This document shows positions 16,030-28,540 of a DNA stretch of 64,000 nucleotides, one piece after another (within the stretch, counting starts at the first letter, position 1; the number at the start of each line of letters is the position of its first letter). The notes under the pieces were generated by a model that was not told where the DNA came from, did no database searches, and saw only the letters and a list, made by a program, of their open reading frames with translations. Source of the stretch: the human T2T-CHM13v2.0 reference genome, Homo sapiens; assembly GCF_009914755.1 (NCBI RefSeq), contig NC_060936.1; one strand, 5' to 3'. A program made the position numbers and the translations under genes.

Positions 16030-16335
16030 TGAGCTCCCAGCTTCCCAAGCGGCTTGACTTCTCCCCTTTGCCCCCTCGCCACCCACCCCTTGCCTAAGCA
16101 ATCACCAAGACCTTGAATTCCTTCTGTTTAGTATTTGATTTGCTCACTATTCTCCATCCCCGCTACCACTCTCTGTCTACCACAGAGCCTACTAATTAGC
16201 CTCTTCACCTCCACTCTTTATTCCCTCCTATCCATTGTACTTCCAAATACCTAATCAGATCACTCTCCTGCTGAAAACCCTTCCAGGGCTCTCAATGGCC
16301 TCGAGTTAAATGAAGCCCAGACACCTCATCACAAG
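16030..16335 (+). mobile_element. L2 fragment
   Basis: ATCAGATCACTCTCCTGCTGAAAACCCTTCCAGGGCTC L2-type segment. Confidence 0.65.
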
Positions 16336-16489
16336 GCTCGCATCCTTTCTCCTGGCTTGTCTAGGGCATGGCCTCACACAGCACCCCAGCCAGAAGGATG
16401 CTCAGTTCCCTGACCTCATCATGCTGTGAGTATGTTGGTGATGGAGCCAGAGGGAGCCAAGAAAGATCACAGGAATGGGGGGGTGGTTT

Positions 16490-16597
16490 GAGGGGGAGAA
16501 AGAGGGAGAGGGGGAGAGGGGGAGAGGGGAGAGGGGGAGAGAGGGGAAAGAGAGAGAGAGAGACAGACAGAGAGAGAGAGAGAGAGAGAGAGAAGGG
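16490..16597 (+). repeat. Polypurine (GGGGA)n/(GA)n tract
   Basis: ~108 nt all purine except two C. Confidence 0.95.
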
Positions 16598-16904
16598 CTG
16601 AGCCTGGCTGTACTGAACCATTGGCCAACATGGAGGAACCCACCTCATATGGGATGTTCTCAACTCAAGAGCATTGGCACGAGCCTCAGAGGTGGGTGTT
16701 GTCCATCAATGCAAGGCGGCAGACTCAAAACTCTCTCTCTCTCTCTCCAGACAGCTCATCCTGATTTGGTGACCAAAGCACAGCGACCCATAACAAGTGG
16801 GACATTTCTTACTGGCTGTGTGATACTGAGTGAGTCACTTAATGTAATGAAGCCATGGGCCTCAGTTTCCTCATCTGTGAAATGGGGATAATAGCTGACC
16901 TGCT

Positions 16905-17363
16905 GTGCAGATGTCTTTTTGTTTGTCTGTTTTGGTTGCACAGCCTATGAACCCCCTTCCATATTGGGGACCCCCTTTGTATGAGCCTCCATGGTGGGAG
17001 TGGACTGTTTCCCACTGAGAAGCTGAAAAAGCCAGACGCTGTGACAGCCTCCCAGCAGTGAGAGAGTTAGGTGTTCATGTCTAGGTCTTTGCAACTTAAG
17101 GGTAATACAAAGGTGCAGGCCCCACTGAGAATCATTCCAGTAGAGGCAGTGGGTTGGGAGGGTGGCAGTGACAATGACGGTGGAGGCGGTCACCACGGTG
17201 TCCAGCTCAGTCTCTTGCTGCAGCATGAGCTTGCTTGCTTTCTTCCATGCTTTCTAGTCATGTCTAGAACAGCCTGATTTCCTCCCAGTAAGTTCCATCT
17301 GTGCTCTTTAGCTGACCAGAGTCCGTTTCTGTGGAGAGATGAAATCGAGTCTTGACTCAAATA
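16905..17363 (+). mobile_element. Old ERVL LTR (LTR33-like) inserted in a MIR (MIR pieces ~16810-16900 and ~17360-17390)
   Basis: GAAGCTGAAAAAGCCAGAC...CAGCCTCCC and CCAGAGTCCGTTTCTGT motifs; MIR core upstream. Confidence 0.5.
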
Positions 17364-18902
17364 CTCACCTACTCACAGGGCAGTGAGGGAGAAGCAAAAT
17401 GTGGAGCTGGGGCTGCTTCAGTGAATCTGGAGTGCAGTTCCGTGGGGAAGGGTGAAGCCCTGGGACGGGGAGCACAGCATCTACTGCATGTTTTCAGTCG
17501 AGCTGGAACCTGAGTCAAAAATCACATCAAATATCAGGCATTCCACTGGGAGGAGACGATATTGTGACTATGCTTTGGAAAGGACAAGGAAAATATAAGA
17601 CTTTCTTACCAATAGAGAGCCCTCCCACTCCTCCTCCTCCATGTCTTAAATTTAGCTTAAAAACATAATTGTTTTTTTAAAATGAGGAAAGGCACATGTC
17701 CATTCCCATAGATCGTTAGCATCGAGGAGCAGACATTTATTTCTGTGCCGTGCCTGTCGGGTCTCAAATCTGGCTTTGGCAGCCTCCCAAGTCATTTTTA
17801 TCTGGTGGGACAGAAGGACACTCCTGCAAGCCATGCTCCAGCCTCGGCTTCCTCTGGGTTAGGCACATTCCACGCTAAGGTCTGGGCTTCACTTGGCAGA
17901 GCAGCAGAAGCAGTTTCCCTTGCTCTCCAGCCATCACCATCCTGCCGGGGGGTGGGGTGGTGGATCCAGGGGCTTATATCTGTTTGCTTAGATCCTGGGT
18001 CCTCAGGAGCTGGTGCCAGGACCGGTGGGAGACTGGGCTCCAGCCATCTGTCACGTGAAATGGTCTGGGCCACATATAAAAGACACGGTTTTCATATCCC
18101 ATTACCCAAATGCTGTTGTTTTGGCCACTTTGGAAAACTTTGAGACACAAGAGCCTGATATGTGTCCCTGGGGACAAATAGGACTTGCTGTTGAGTCCTC
18201 ACCCTGGCTCCCCTCCCGGTTGACTGCCATCTCTGGGAAACAGGCACTTTGATGACACCACATTTAATCGCAGCATTTTGGTTTTGTTTTAGTGTTTGAA
18301 AGAGCAGGTTGTCAGGCTGACTTATGCAAAAGCAGAACCATTAACCTCACAAAGAACTCAGAGCCATGAGCAACGGGATGGAGGCTGAGGCTGCTGAGGT
18401 AGTTTGCAAGGTCTCTCTCTGCTGCTGCAGGGAAACTCACCACTGCGCTGCTGGCCTGCTATTGGGGTGGGCTCCAGCTCTGGGCAGCATGGCCCCCCTC
18501 CTCAGTGCACTCCCAGGGGCCAGCCTACATGGAGGCTTCTGGTTCCAGGGGGCAGTGGGTGGGGTGGGGCCATAGGGAAAAGGCTCTGATCTGGGACACT
18601 GGAAGGGGTACATGTCCACCTGAGTTATGGAGCAGTCCAGCAGCCTGCATTCCCTTCAGCTCTTTGGGCCTCAGTTTTCTCACCTGTAAAATGATCCCCA
18701 AGTGCATTTCTAATTGTAGCTTTTCTTTGGTGCTTGTTATTTCCCACCAGCCTCTGAGGTGTCAGCTCCACCTGCCAACCTTCGTGGTTACCTGGACAGA
18801 ACTTTGGTATCATGTAGGAGGACAAGCATGGGTTTTGGAATCAGGCAGGGATCTGTGCTTAAATTTTGGCTTTGCCTCAAATTTAATTTGTGTAGCCTCA
18901 GC

Positions 18903-19372
18903 TGTAGCAGCACAAGCTGCAGACAAGAACCCTTCAGACACCAAGTTGTAGAAGGAAAGGGCTTTATTCAGCTGGGAGTGTTGGCAGACTCACATATCCA
19001 AAAACCGAGCTCCCCGAGTGAGCAATTCCTGTCCCTTTTAAGGGCTTACAACTCTAAGGGGGTCCGCGTGAAAGGGTCGTGATTGATTGAGCAAGTGGAG
19101 ATATGTGACTGGGGGCTGCATGCACCAGTAATCAGGACGGAACAGAACAGAACAGAACAGAAGAGGGATTTTCACAAAGCTTTTCCATACAATGTCTGAA
19201 ATCTATAGATAACACAAGCAGTTAGGTCAGGGGTTGATTTTTAACTCCCAGGCCCAGGGCGCAGTGCTGGGCTATCTGCCTGTGGATTCCATTTCTGCCT
19301 TTTAGTTTTTACTTCTTTCTTTGGAGGCAGAAATTTGGCATAAGACAGTATGAGGGGTGGTCTCCTCCCTTA
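18903..19372 (-). mobile_element. 3' LTR (LTR2 family)
   Basis: Element sense TAAGGGAGGAGACCACCCCTCA...AATAAAG...CTGCTACA; polypurine tract AAAGGGAGAGAA immediately internal (19373-19384). Confidence 0.95.
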
Positions 19373-19399
19373 TTCTCTCCCTTTGAGAACCTCACTTAT

Positions 19400-21100
19400 T
19401 AGTGGGAGTTTTCACTTTTATCACTACCCACGTCTTCTTGCAAGACAGATCAATAGTGATTCATATAGTACACTTGTGCTGAAGCATTTTGGTGAACTAA
19501 GGTAGCGATGAAGCTTTTTGTTATTTGAAGAAGTACAGGTAGCAAACAAGGGAGCAGTAAGCAGTTCTTATTACTATTATAACTTCTATTACAAGAGTTT
19601 TAAATCCTCCTAGCGCTGGGAACCATTTTTCAAACATGGCCCCAGGATCAAATCCATGCCACACTTGCACAGGCACATGTGCCAATTTTGTCATATCTCT
19701 AACTATGTCTTCAACTACTTGCCCTGGATCATCTATGTGTAGACAGCAATTAGTAAGGTTAAAATTCCCACAGACCCCTCCTTCAGCTGCAAGTAGTTGA
19801 GAGCCAATTTATTTTGATAGATAGCATTTCTCATTTGAGTTTCTTGCCGGGCCAGAATGGTCAAGGCTCTGCCAGTTTTATTAGTGATTATTTCTAAGAC
19901 AGCTTGTAACCGTATGATTTGGTTGAGCATGTAAATGGGGGTCTGGTATCCCCATGAGCCATCTTGTGCTCAAGTAGCAGGCCCATAATATTGTATGATT
20001 TTCTCAGAGGGCCATTTTTCATCTTTCCAATTTCCTATAGCTGTGCTTTTCTTTCCGTGAGAAGCATAGACAGGAAGGCCCAGGAGTTCACCTGTCTTTA
20101 TGGGCAGTAGGAAGAAAGATGGTTTAATAGTGCCAATAACACAACCACCTGCCCACTGGTCAGGTAATTTGGTGTAAGCTCTATGCCCACATATCCAGTA
20201 TAATCCAGTGGGGGCCATCCAGTCCCAGTGGGACTCTGGGTGGGTCCACACGGTTTGTAACTTTGGGAATTTACCAAATGGATTCCTTTCTGTGTGATTT
20301 GAACTCCACCAAGTGACTGTTTTTGTGGTACCATTATACGGTTTCTGTCCCAGACAACTAAGTCATCCTATGGGGTGAGTGAATTCTTTTCCTTCTCTAG
20401 CTATGCAATATTGTCCAATAATTGAGGCTTTCAGGACCCAGAAATTATTAGGGTGATTTTTTTGAGCCGGGAATTCGTCAGGAACTGGGTCTGTAGGTAC
20501 TAATTCTCAGGCTTCCCATGGCCATTGATTTCCCATTACAGGTTCTCCACATACATAACATGAAGTGACATTGAGAGACTGGGCTACATGCTTGGCTAAT
20601 TGCAAAACAAATTTCTTATTTTTCCTGGAATTTCTGGTACTGGCACATTTAGTTCATCATAGAAAGTTTGAAACACTGGCTCAGGAGAGTGTTTGTAAAC
20701 TTCTCCTCAAACTAAGATATTTACTCGAGGATCCAGTCTGGCCCCATCGATTCCTAAGGTCACACGCTCCCCTTTTTTCCAGCGAGGATTAAGGGGATTG
20801 GTTATTACTAGCTCTAAGGGGTTACATTGTCCCTTAGTACAGGAAGGGCTACTTGTTCCTTTCTGAAGGTGGACTGGATCCTTTTCATTTTTTATCCAAG
20901 TGGCGCAAATGACGCAAGACCAGCATCCACATTCATTTTTACAGAGTCCTAATTCGTGACAAATGTACTTATTTTCGGTCATATAGCCTTTTTTCCAATT
21001 AAAAGAGCCATATCCCCTTCCTAACTTACTGCTATTAATGATAGCACAGGCATCAAATTTCAAGATTATGCATTTGGGGACCCCTTTTTCTTCTGTTCTA
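19400..21100 (-). pseudogene. HERV-E-type env remnant (SU and TM), frameshifted
   Basis: ORFs 20707-21063, 19970-20251 and 19733-19930: [20 protein letters not shown], immunosuppressive-like [10 protein letters not shown], then [11 protein letters not shown] in another frame. Confidence 0.9.
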
Positions 21101-21559
21101 GCTAATACTTTACTTGTATCATTTACGAGTCCCTACCAGTCTTCAGTCCTTGATCTTATTTTAAAAGCTGTGGACATGGGAGGCTCAGAGGGGTCATAAC
21201 ACACACTGGCCAGTTGTTTCCTGGGCTACATACCTTGTATAGCATTAAAGAAATAATTTCCTTTTAGGGTCCTTGTTCACTTATAATAACCATAAAATAA
21301 TAGCACTGTAGCAACCTTTTGTCCTGCCTCAGTGACTTGATGTATATACTGGGAACAGTCCTAGATCAGTTGAAGTCCTTACTGTACAAGTCCAAATTTT
21401 AAGGAAAATGAGTCCCGCGATGAGTTTCCTCATGCTTTGGCCATGCGTGGACCAGTCAGCTTCCGGGTGTGACTGGAGCAGGGCTCATCATCTTCCTCAG
21501 AGTCACTTTGCAAGGGTTGGCGAAGCTGCTCCTGTCCACTTGCTGCTCCCAGTTTACTG

Positions 21560-22100
21560 ATGTTCAAGGATGGTCTTGGAGGTTGGGCCTGCTAGAATAA
21601 GCTGGGTCCAACACCTCTACACAGTTATGTTCAACTGGGCTCTCTGATACCGGGAGCAAGGTGGCAGGGTTCAGAGTATTGCAAACTTCGATGGTTATGT
21701 GGGAATTTTCACATAGCAAGCTTTGGTATCTAGTTAGTCTAGTACTTGTTAGCCATTGATGTCCTTTGGTATTTATTAAAGTCACCACAGCATGGGGGGT
21801 CTTTATGTTTAGGTTTTGCCCAAGAGTTAGCTTATCCGCTTCTTGTGCTAGCAGGGCTATTGCTGGCAAGGCCCTCAAACATGGGGGCCAACCCTTAGAA
21901 ACCCCGTCTAGTTGTTTAGAGAGGTAGGCCACTGGCCTCGGCCAGGGCCCCACAGTCTGGATTAAAACTCTAACTGCCATTTTTTAAAATTTTCTCTTTG
22001 ACACAGATAGTGTAAAAGGTTTTGTCAGGTCAGGTAGCCCCAGGGCTGGGGCTGACATGAATTTGTCTTTTAACTCATGAAAAGCTCATTGCTGTTGGTT
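21560..22100 (-). pseudogene. Retroviral pol remnant (RT connection region)
   Basis: GPWPRPVAYLSKQLDGVSKGWPPCLRAL...RLTRYQSLL...TLNPATLLP. Confidence 0.9.
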
Positions 22101-22199
22101 GTAATAGATGTAGTTTATTTAGTTTACATTTTATTAACTGTCACCTACCAAAATATTGACTTAAATTCTGCAGCTATTTGATTTTGGGCTTTAATTGAT

Positions 22200-23620
22200 C
22201 AGGTATTTCCCATGGGACTCCAGCTGCATCTAAATAGATGTGAGTGTCGAAAGGCGAGCTTCTCTCGCTTTACAGTGTCTTGTTTTTCTCCCTCTGGTTG
22301 ATGAAATGCCAGGGTGAAAGGGATAGCCAATTGGACTAAAGAACAAGTGCCACTCCAATTATTCGGCAGAGTGCCCAGTAAAGGCCTACCACACATCCGC
22401 TCAGGGATGAACAAGGGCTGACTGATTGATAAGCTCTTGAAAATTCTTAAGCTCACTGCATCCCTTCAGGTCTCCAAGGAACGTTAAGTTTCCTCCCTGT
22501 CGTGAGAGACATGAAGTGAACTTAATGTTGGGAGACGGAAGCTGGATGGCCCTCGGGGGCTGACCCGCAGGGTGCAGGATTTCGGGATATAGCAGAGAGA
22601 GAGCTTGGCAAGACTTGTTACCCTAGGCTGTAGAATCTTGGAAAAGAGCTACCATGCAGCCCATGCCTGGGTGACTGGAGGACCACCCTAGTGGAAAGGG
22701 GACAATGTGGGCCTCTGGCCTGCTGTGCGCACAAGTATAACAATTGCTTTTGCTTAATGTGTGGACAGAGTATTTGATCCATTCCAACCTGGCATTTGCA
22801 TCTTGGTATCCTGTCTTAACTGCCAAAGTTTGTTTTAAGTCTTTAACTTCTATGATCCTCTAGTAAAATGAATGTATGATTTTAGGAAACTACAAAAAAT
22901 GGTGGGGGCAGTCCATCCTTGCTCTTTATTGGTCCACAGAACGTTGGACCAACTATGGCATAAAAGCTCTACATCTGGGGGCAAGACTACTGGTTGATAT
23001 CGAGGTCTTTATTGAAATCTCCCTGGATTAAATGGTCCTAATTTACTAATGCCCAGTCTGAGGAGAGTCAGGAGGGATAGAGGTACTTTTCTGAAGTAGA
23101 GAGCTGTCTTTGACTTGGCAAGTCCCCACAGGATATAACAAGGCAAGCATTAAATGCAATAGTTTGAGGCGAAATTGACTTGGTTATGTTAATAACTAGA
23201 TGGTCAGCAATAGAGTGAGGAAAGAAGAAACAATCATAGAATAGATGAAAGAGAGTTAAATTTTTCTTAGCTTTAATTTGGTAGGGTTTTCCCCTGAGAC
23301 TATGCCCTACAACTCTAGAGGGGGTGGCGCTTTCTTGACTCGGTTGTGGTGAGTCTATCCCCTTTCTGCTGTATGAACAGCAGTCTCGGTGGTTAGCAGC
23401 ACAAGGTAGGGTCCTTCCCAGGCTGGCTCGAGTTTTCCTTCTTTCCACCCTTTGATGAGAACGTGATCGTCAGGCTGGTGCTGGATTACCAGAAATTCTA
23501 GGGGTGGTGCATGTGCTAAACCAAGTATATAATTTTTAAGAAATTGACCTTTTGTTTTAAATGTGGGGACATCAGCAGTGGACTTTATAGTCCTTGGTGT
23601 CTTCTGACAAATTTCCTTTA
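22200..23620 (-). pseudogene. Second retroviral segment: integrase C-terminus plus a different env remnant (HERV-I/IP-like)
   Basis: KLEPAWEGPYLVLLTTETAV (IN C-terminus); SNCYTCAHSRP (CxxC); TLPNNWSGTCSLVQLAIPFTL. Confidence 0.75.
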
Positions 23621-25199
23621 GCACCTATTTTTATTAGTTTTTTAGACCAAAGAAAGCCAAACACCATTTTATATTTGACAATGTTTTCTGTATGATTTTT
23701 ATACCAGATAAGCTGAATTTCACTTTTATATTAGTGTGTTATTAATGTTAAACTTAGTTTTAATAAAACCTTGTAGACATATTTATTTAATTTTTAATGT
23801 TTGACCATAAGGTAAAATTTTTATAGACTCTTTTTAACCTTTTATAATTTTTGTTAAAGAGCAGGTTAGTGCCTTAAGAAAAACCCATTGTGTTTTTATT
23901 TTAAAGTTCAGTTCACAGAAAAACTGGATGATACCCCTTTAACTTTAGTCAATATGTTTACACACAGAATTTTCTTTATAATTAACGTTTTAAAACTTGC
24001 TTAAACCTTCAAAACAAAATTTTTTAACCATTTAATGTAGGTAAAAATTCACATTCTTATGCCGTCTTGTAATTCTTTTACCAGAGGTATATTTTACTTT
24101 CCTTACACACCTTGCACATAAACTGTTTTTTTTTTCAATAGTTTTACATTCGGGAGGCCTAATTACTTTTAAATTATATAACATTTCTTGCATAAATTCT
24201 TTTTTTATAACTTTTTTTCACAACTTTTGCAGACAATTTTTTGACATGCCTCAATTTTCTGACTTATTACAAATATACATATTTTAAACAACTAGTTAAT
24301 TTATTTCAGGACAAGAATTTACCATATAACTTTTTTTTACATAAATTCTGCTCCCCCTCTTTTTTTCCCTTTTTTCGAAGATAATCATTCTTTTCCAAAG
24401 TGAACTTCCTTTATGTCTGTGGACTAGACTGTCCAAAGCCACAAGATTAGAAGTTACTATAATACATGTTACATTGTTAACTTTTAGCAAATTTTACTTT
24501 TGTTGAAAATTTTGTAAGTTTGAGATTTCAATTATCCTTTGCTGTTAATAAGATCTTGTTTAGTCCAAATTAACTTAGAATTGGTATAGATGGCTTTTTA
24601 ATTTTTCCCTTCAATTACCCTGGAGGAACCATCTATCATCCTGTCCTGAAGGGAGTTCCTCATAGGTCTGGTCGGACCTTTGTATGGTAATTAAGATTTA
24701 GATCTCCTGCTGGGAAACCTGCTGGGTTAAGGGAATTTTCAGTGGCTAATGTTATTAAATCATCTTTTTCTTTCTTTCTTTTTTTTTTTTAACACAATAG
24801 CCCTATACTTGAAGATTTTTAAGTTAGTAAGCTACCTTTTGTCCCCGCTTTTTTTTTCCCCTTAAGATACTTCTGAACTGGTGAGCTGTGCTGACAATGA
24901 TGTTTCCTCTAAAAGTTATTTTTCTACTTTCTTCCGTTAGTGTAGCAGTTGCTTCTACAGACTGAATGTACTGGGGCCAGCTGCGGGTCACTGGGTTAAG
25001 GATTTTTGATAGGAAGGCTACAGGTTGTCAACGGCCTCAGTGCTTTCAGGCTATGCCCTTGTTTACACTGACAACAAGGTGGTATTGGAGTGTTATAGGG
25101 TCACGGAGAAGACCTTCAATGATCAATTATACGTTTTAAATTTACCCTGGCTTTTAAAGGAATAGGGTACACTTTTTTTTTTTCTTAACTACTTGTATA

Positions 25200-25625
25200 T
25201 TTCTCTCTTTCTGTATTTCTTTCTCTCTTTGACTTTCTGTCTCTCTCTCTTTGACTTTCCTTTTGCCTCTGTCTCTTCCTCTCTCTCTGCCTCTCTCTTT
25301 CTCTCTCTCTCTCTTACCTTGACTCTTTGTCTCTCTGTCTCTTCCTCTCTCTCTGCCTCTCTCTATCTCTCTTACCTTGACTCTCTCTTTGTCTCTCTGT
25401 CTCTTACTCTCTCCGCCTGTCTCTCTCTATCTCTCTTTCCTTGACTCCATCTTTGTCTCTCTGTCTCTTCCTCTCTCCGCCTCTCTCTATCTCTTTCCTT
25501 GACTCCATCTTTGTCTCTCTGTCTCTTCCTCTCTCTCTGACTCTCTCTCTCTCTATCTCTCTTTCCTTGACCCCATCTTTGTCTCTATGTCTCTTCCTCT
25601 GTCTCTGCTGGTCTTTCCTTGCCTC
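25200..25625 (+). repeat. CT-rich imperfect tandem repeat inside the provirus
   Basis: Repeated CCTTGACTC...CTTTGTCTCTCTGTCTCTTCCTCTCTC units of roughly 60 bp. Confidence 0.9.
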
Positions 25626-25649
25626 TGTCAGCTGCTTATGCTGCTGTTC

Positions 25650-25900
25650 TCTCAACCACTGTGGGTGGGGCGGAGGGGGATGTCTAAAACCAGCTGTAAC
25701 CAAGTGTCTATGTACAGGAACTGGTCTGGGTGCCCTGGCTTACAGGTTACCTTGTGCCATACCTTTGAAACAAGGGACCTGTTCAGGCTTCCTTCTGATG
25801 GCCAACCCACCTCTAATGCTGGCCAGCCTATTTCACACAAAGTTACTAAGTTTTCCTGGTGTCATGGTAACACCGTAATCTCCCTTAAATCCTTTCTTGA
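25650..25900 (-). pseudogene. gag matrix (MA) remnant
   Basis: CEIGWPALEVGWPSEGSL...GHPDQFLYIDTW, gammaretroviral MA motifs. Confidence 0.88.
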
Positions 25901-26475
25901 AATTTTTCAACATAGTTTCTAGTGGGGTGGGCCTACTTTGTGCCTGACCCATGCTTCCTTGAGACAAAACACCATGCTAACACCACACGCACACCACAAA
26001 ACAAAGAACAGGTAAAAAGGGCACACACACACTTTTACAGTTTATACCAAATCTGAACCAAAACCATCAGAGTATCAAGAAATCCAAGCCAGGTCAAAAC
26101 CAAAACCAAAGTATCAAGCAATCCAAGTCAAGTCACAAACAAAAACCAAAGTGACAGTACAGGCATGTCATGGGTGATCAGGCCACGCTTCCACTCAAAT
26201 GGAGTGCACAAGTTCCAAAGACCAGTCTTACCAAGTTTCAGATGTCTGGACTCCCAAGTGCCAGTTCCTTCCCGGTGTTCAGCCACTGTGTTGATCTTCC
26301 GTGGGGGCCTCCCATGTGCTGCTCTGGTAAGGTGGTCCACCGGGGCAATTGCCTACCCAGGAGTGCTCTTTGGATCCGCATCACTCAGGCTGGTCAGAGT
26401 CCCCCACAGGGATGCTCCACAGGGCAGGCCTAAGCTGCCTAAGGGGCTGCCTCAACTGTCTGTTAATCACCTTGC

Positions 26476-26493
26476 TTCCAGGTCAGGGAACCA
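26476..26493 (-). promoter_or_regulatory. Primer binding site for tRNA-Glu
   Basis: TGGTTCCCTGACCTGGAA, 5 nt inside the 5' LTR; one mismatch to the complement of the tRNA-Glu 3' end. Confidence 0.9.
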
Positions 26494-26498
26494 AGAAA

Positions 26499-26959
26499 TG
26501 TAGCAGGATGAGCCACAGACAAGAACCCCTCAGACACCAAGTTGTAGAAGGAAAGGGCTTTATTCAGCTGGGAGCACCGGCAGACTCATGTCTCCAAAAA
26601 CTGAGCTCTCTGAGTGAGCAGTTCCTGTCCCTTTTAAGGGCTTACAATTCTAAGAGGGTCAGTATGAAAGGGTCGTAATTGATTGAGCAAGTGGGGATAT
26701 GTGACTGGGGGCTGCATGCACCAGTAATCAGAACTGAACAGAACAGGAAGGGATTTTCACGATGCTTTTCCATACAATGTCTGCAATCTATAGATAACAC
26801 AAGCAGTTAGGTCAGGGGTTGATTTTTAACTACCAGGCCCAGGGCACAGTGCTGGGCTATCTGCCTGTGGATTCCATTTCTGCCTTTAGTTTTTACTTCT
26901 TCTTTCTTTGGAAGCAGAAATTGGGCATAAGACAATATGAGGGGTGGTCTCCTCCCTTA
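26499..26959 (-). mobile_element. 5' LTR (LTR2 family)
   Basis: ~92% identical to 18903-19372 (manual count). Confidence 0.95.
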
Positions 26960-27268
26960 CAACCAAGTTGATTGTTTCATATCTTGTTTCCAAATCTGTA
27001 AAATGAAGACAATATTGATTTCAGAGTATTCTTATGGTGATTAACTAAGATAACATTTAAAAAAATGCCTACCAGGAAACCATAAGTAGCTACCAAATAA
27101 ACCTTAAGTCTCTTTCCCTTACCTTACTCCCTACCCATTTTAAAATTGTCAAGTGACGTAGTTTCACATCACTTAATTGTACTCATATTTTCTCAACCTT
27201 TCTAGTTTGGCAGCAAGAATTATTCATACTATAATATACTTGAGGCAGGGTTGACCCACAGAGTAGAA

Positions 27269-28540
27269 CATTCATTCATTCATTTACTCGTCCATTCATT
27301 CATCCATCCAACATTTCTGGAGCAACTGCTAAGGCCCAGGCACTATGATAGTTGCTGGAAACACAGAAGCTAAAGACAGGGAGTTTATAGCCTAGTGGGG
27401 GACAATCTAATACAGCATCAGCAGGAGTAGAGATCAGTGAGCCTGGGGGACCTCTTGGAGCACTTGGGAAGAGTTTCAAGCCAGAAGCTGGGGCAGTGCC
27501 AGGCAGGTGTGCTGGAGGTGAGGCTGTTCGACTCTGGAGAGATGAGAGGAGTTAGCCAGGAGTTAGACATTTGAGGCTTTAGAGACAAGGAATATCCATA
27601 TCCTGCAGGGCCTTGTGTGTCATGCTAAGGAATTTAGATTTGGTTTTGAAGGCAATGGCTAGCCCTTAGACAGAGGAGTGACATAGATTTTTGTTCTAGA
27701 AATACCCTTTTGCATTTCAGAGAATGGGCTGGGAGGAGGCAAGACTGAGACCAGTGAGAAAGTTACAGCAGTGGTTTGACTTGACCAGGGTGGGGGCCTG
27801 ATCCAAAGCAGTGAGAGTGGGCACAGAGAGAGAGAGAGAGATCAGTAGCAGAGAGGGCACCAAACTGCAGTTACTAGCACTTGGGGACTATTTCAATGTG
27901 GGGCCGAAGGCAGAACAAAGATGCAGAATGACTTCCAGAAGGCAGAGGCCTCCAGATAGGCATGGCAGATGATGTTCACTGTGATGAGGAGCGTGGGAGG
28001 TCAGGATCAAGGAGTCAGAGGGGGAAGAGCCAAGTGTGAGACCTGGGGACATGCATGTTTCAGAGTTGGTGGAGGGGAGGGACCTGGAGAGGATGAAAAA
28101 CCACAAGGGAATGGCATCCCAGAGATCAAGGAAAGATGGGATTCCAAGAAGGAGAGGTACGTAGTGTCAAAGGCTGCAGTCAAGCAAGGTAAGGGCTGAA
28201 AAATGTTACATATCAAAGGAGAAGCTCCCTTCTAGAGACATTGGCCAGAACTGTTTCCTCAGAGAGTCTGAGCCAAGGGTTGTGAACTGAATAGGGGGTG
28301 AGCAAATGGAGAAATGTATAGTGTAGTCTTCCAAGAAGCTTGTCTTGAAAGAGAAGGTGAGATATGGTGTGGCATCGCAGGGAGCTGGCTGAGGCTTGAG
28401 CATATTTACCTACTGGGAGGAACCTCGCTGGCAGCAGCAAGGAGGGGTAGAGAATGCTTTCGGCAGGCAGTGAGGGCATTAAAGGAGCAGGAATTTTTGC
28501 TTAAAGACAGAGGAGTTTGGAATAGACTGCAGAGTTTAAA
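27269..28540 (-). mobile_element. L2 (3' end plus body)
   Basis: (CATT)n L2 tail and CCAGGCACT...GCTGG, followed by degenerate L2 body. Confidence 0.75.

Larger units (their letters stand above)
18903..26959 (-). mobile_element. Complete defective LTR2/HERV-E-type provirus (Harlequin-like mosaic)
   Basis: Two LTRs, PBS-Glu, PPT, gag/pol/env remnants; 4-bp TSD CAGC/CAAC. Confidence 0.93.
18817..27100 (+). mobile_element. MIR split by the provirus (pieces 18817-18902 and 26964-27100)
   Basis: TGTGTAGCCTCAGC joins CAAGTT...ATCTGTAAAATG to restore the MIR core. Confidence 0.7.

Noticed and set aside
19733-21063. Possible syncytin-like domesticated env
   Set aside because: Split across frames by stops and frameshifts, including within the immunosuppressive domain
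25193-25922. Charged or Ser/Leu-rich ORFs, and repeats that look like an array
   Set aside because: Translations of the CT-rich proviral repeat; no unique spacers, so not CRISPR
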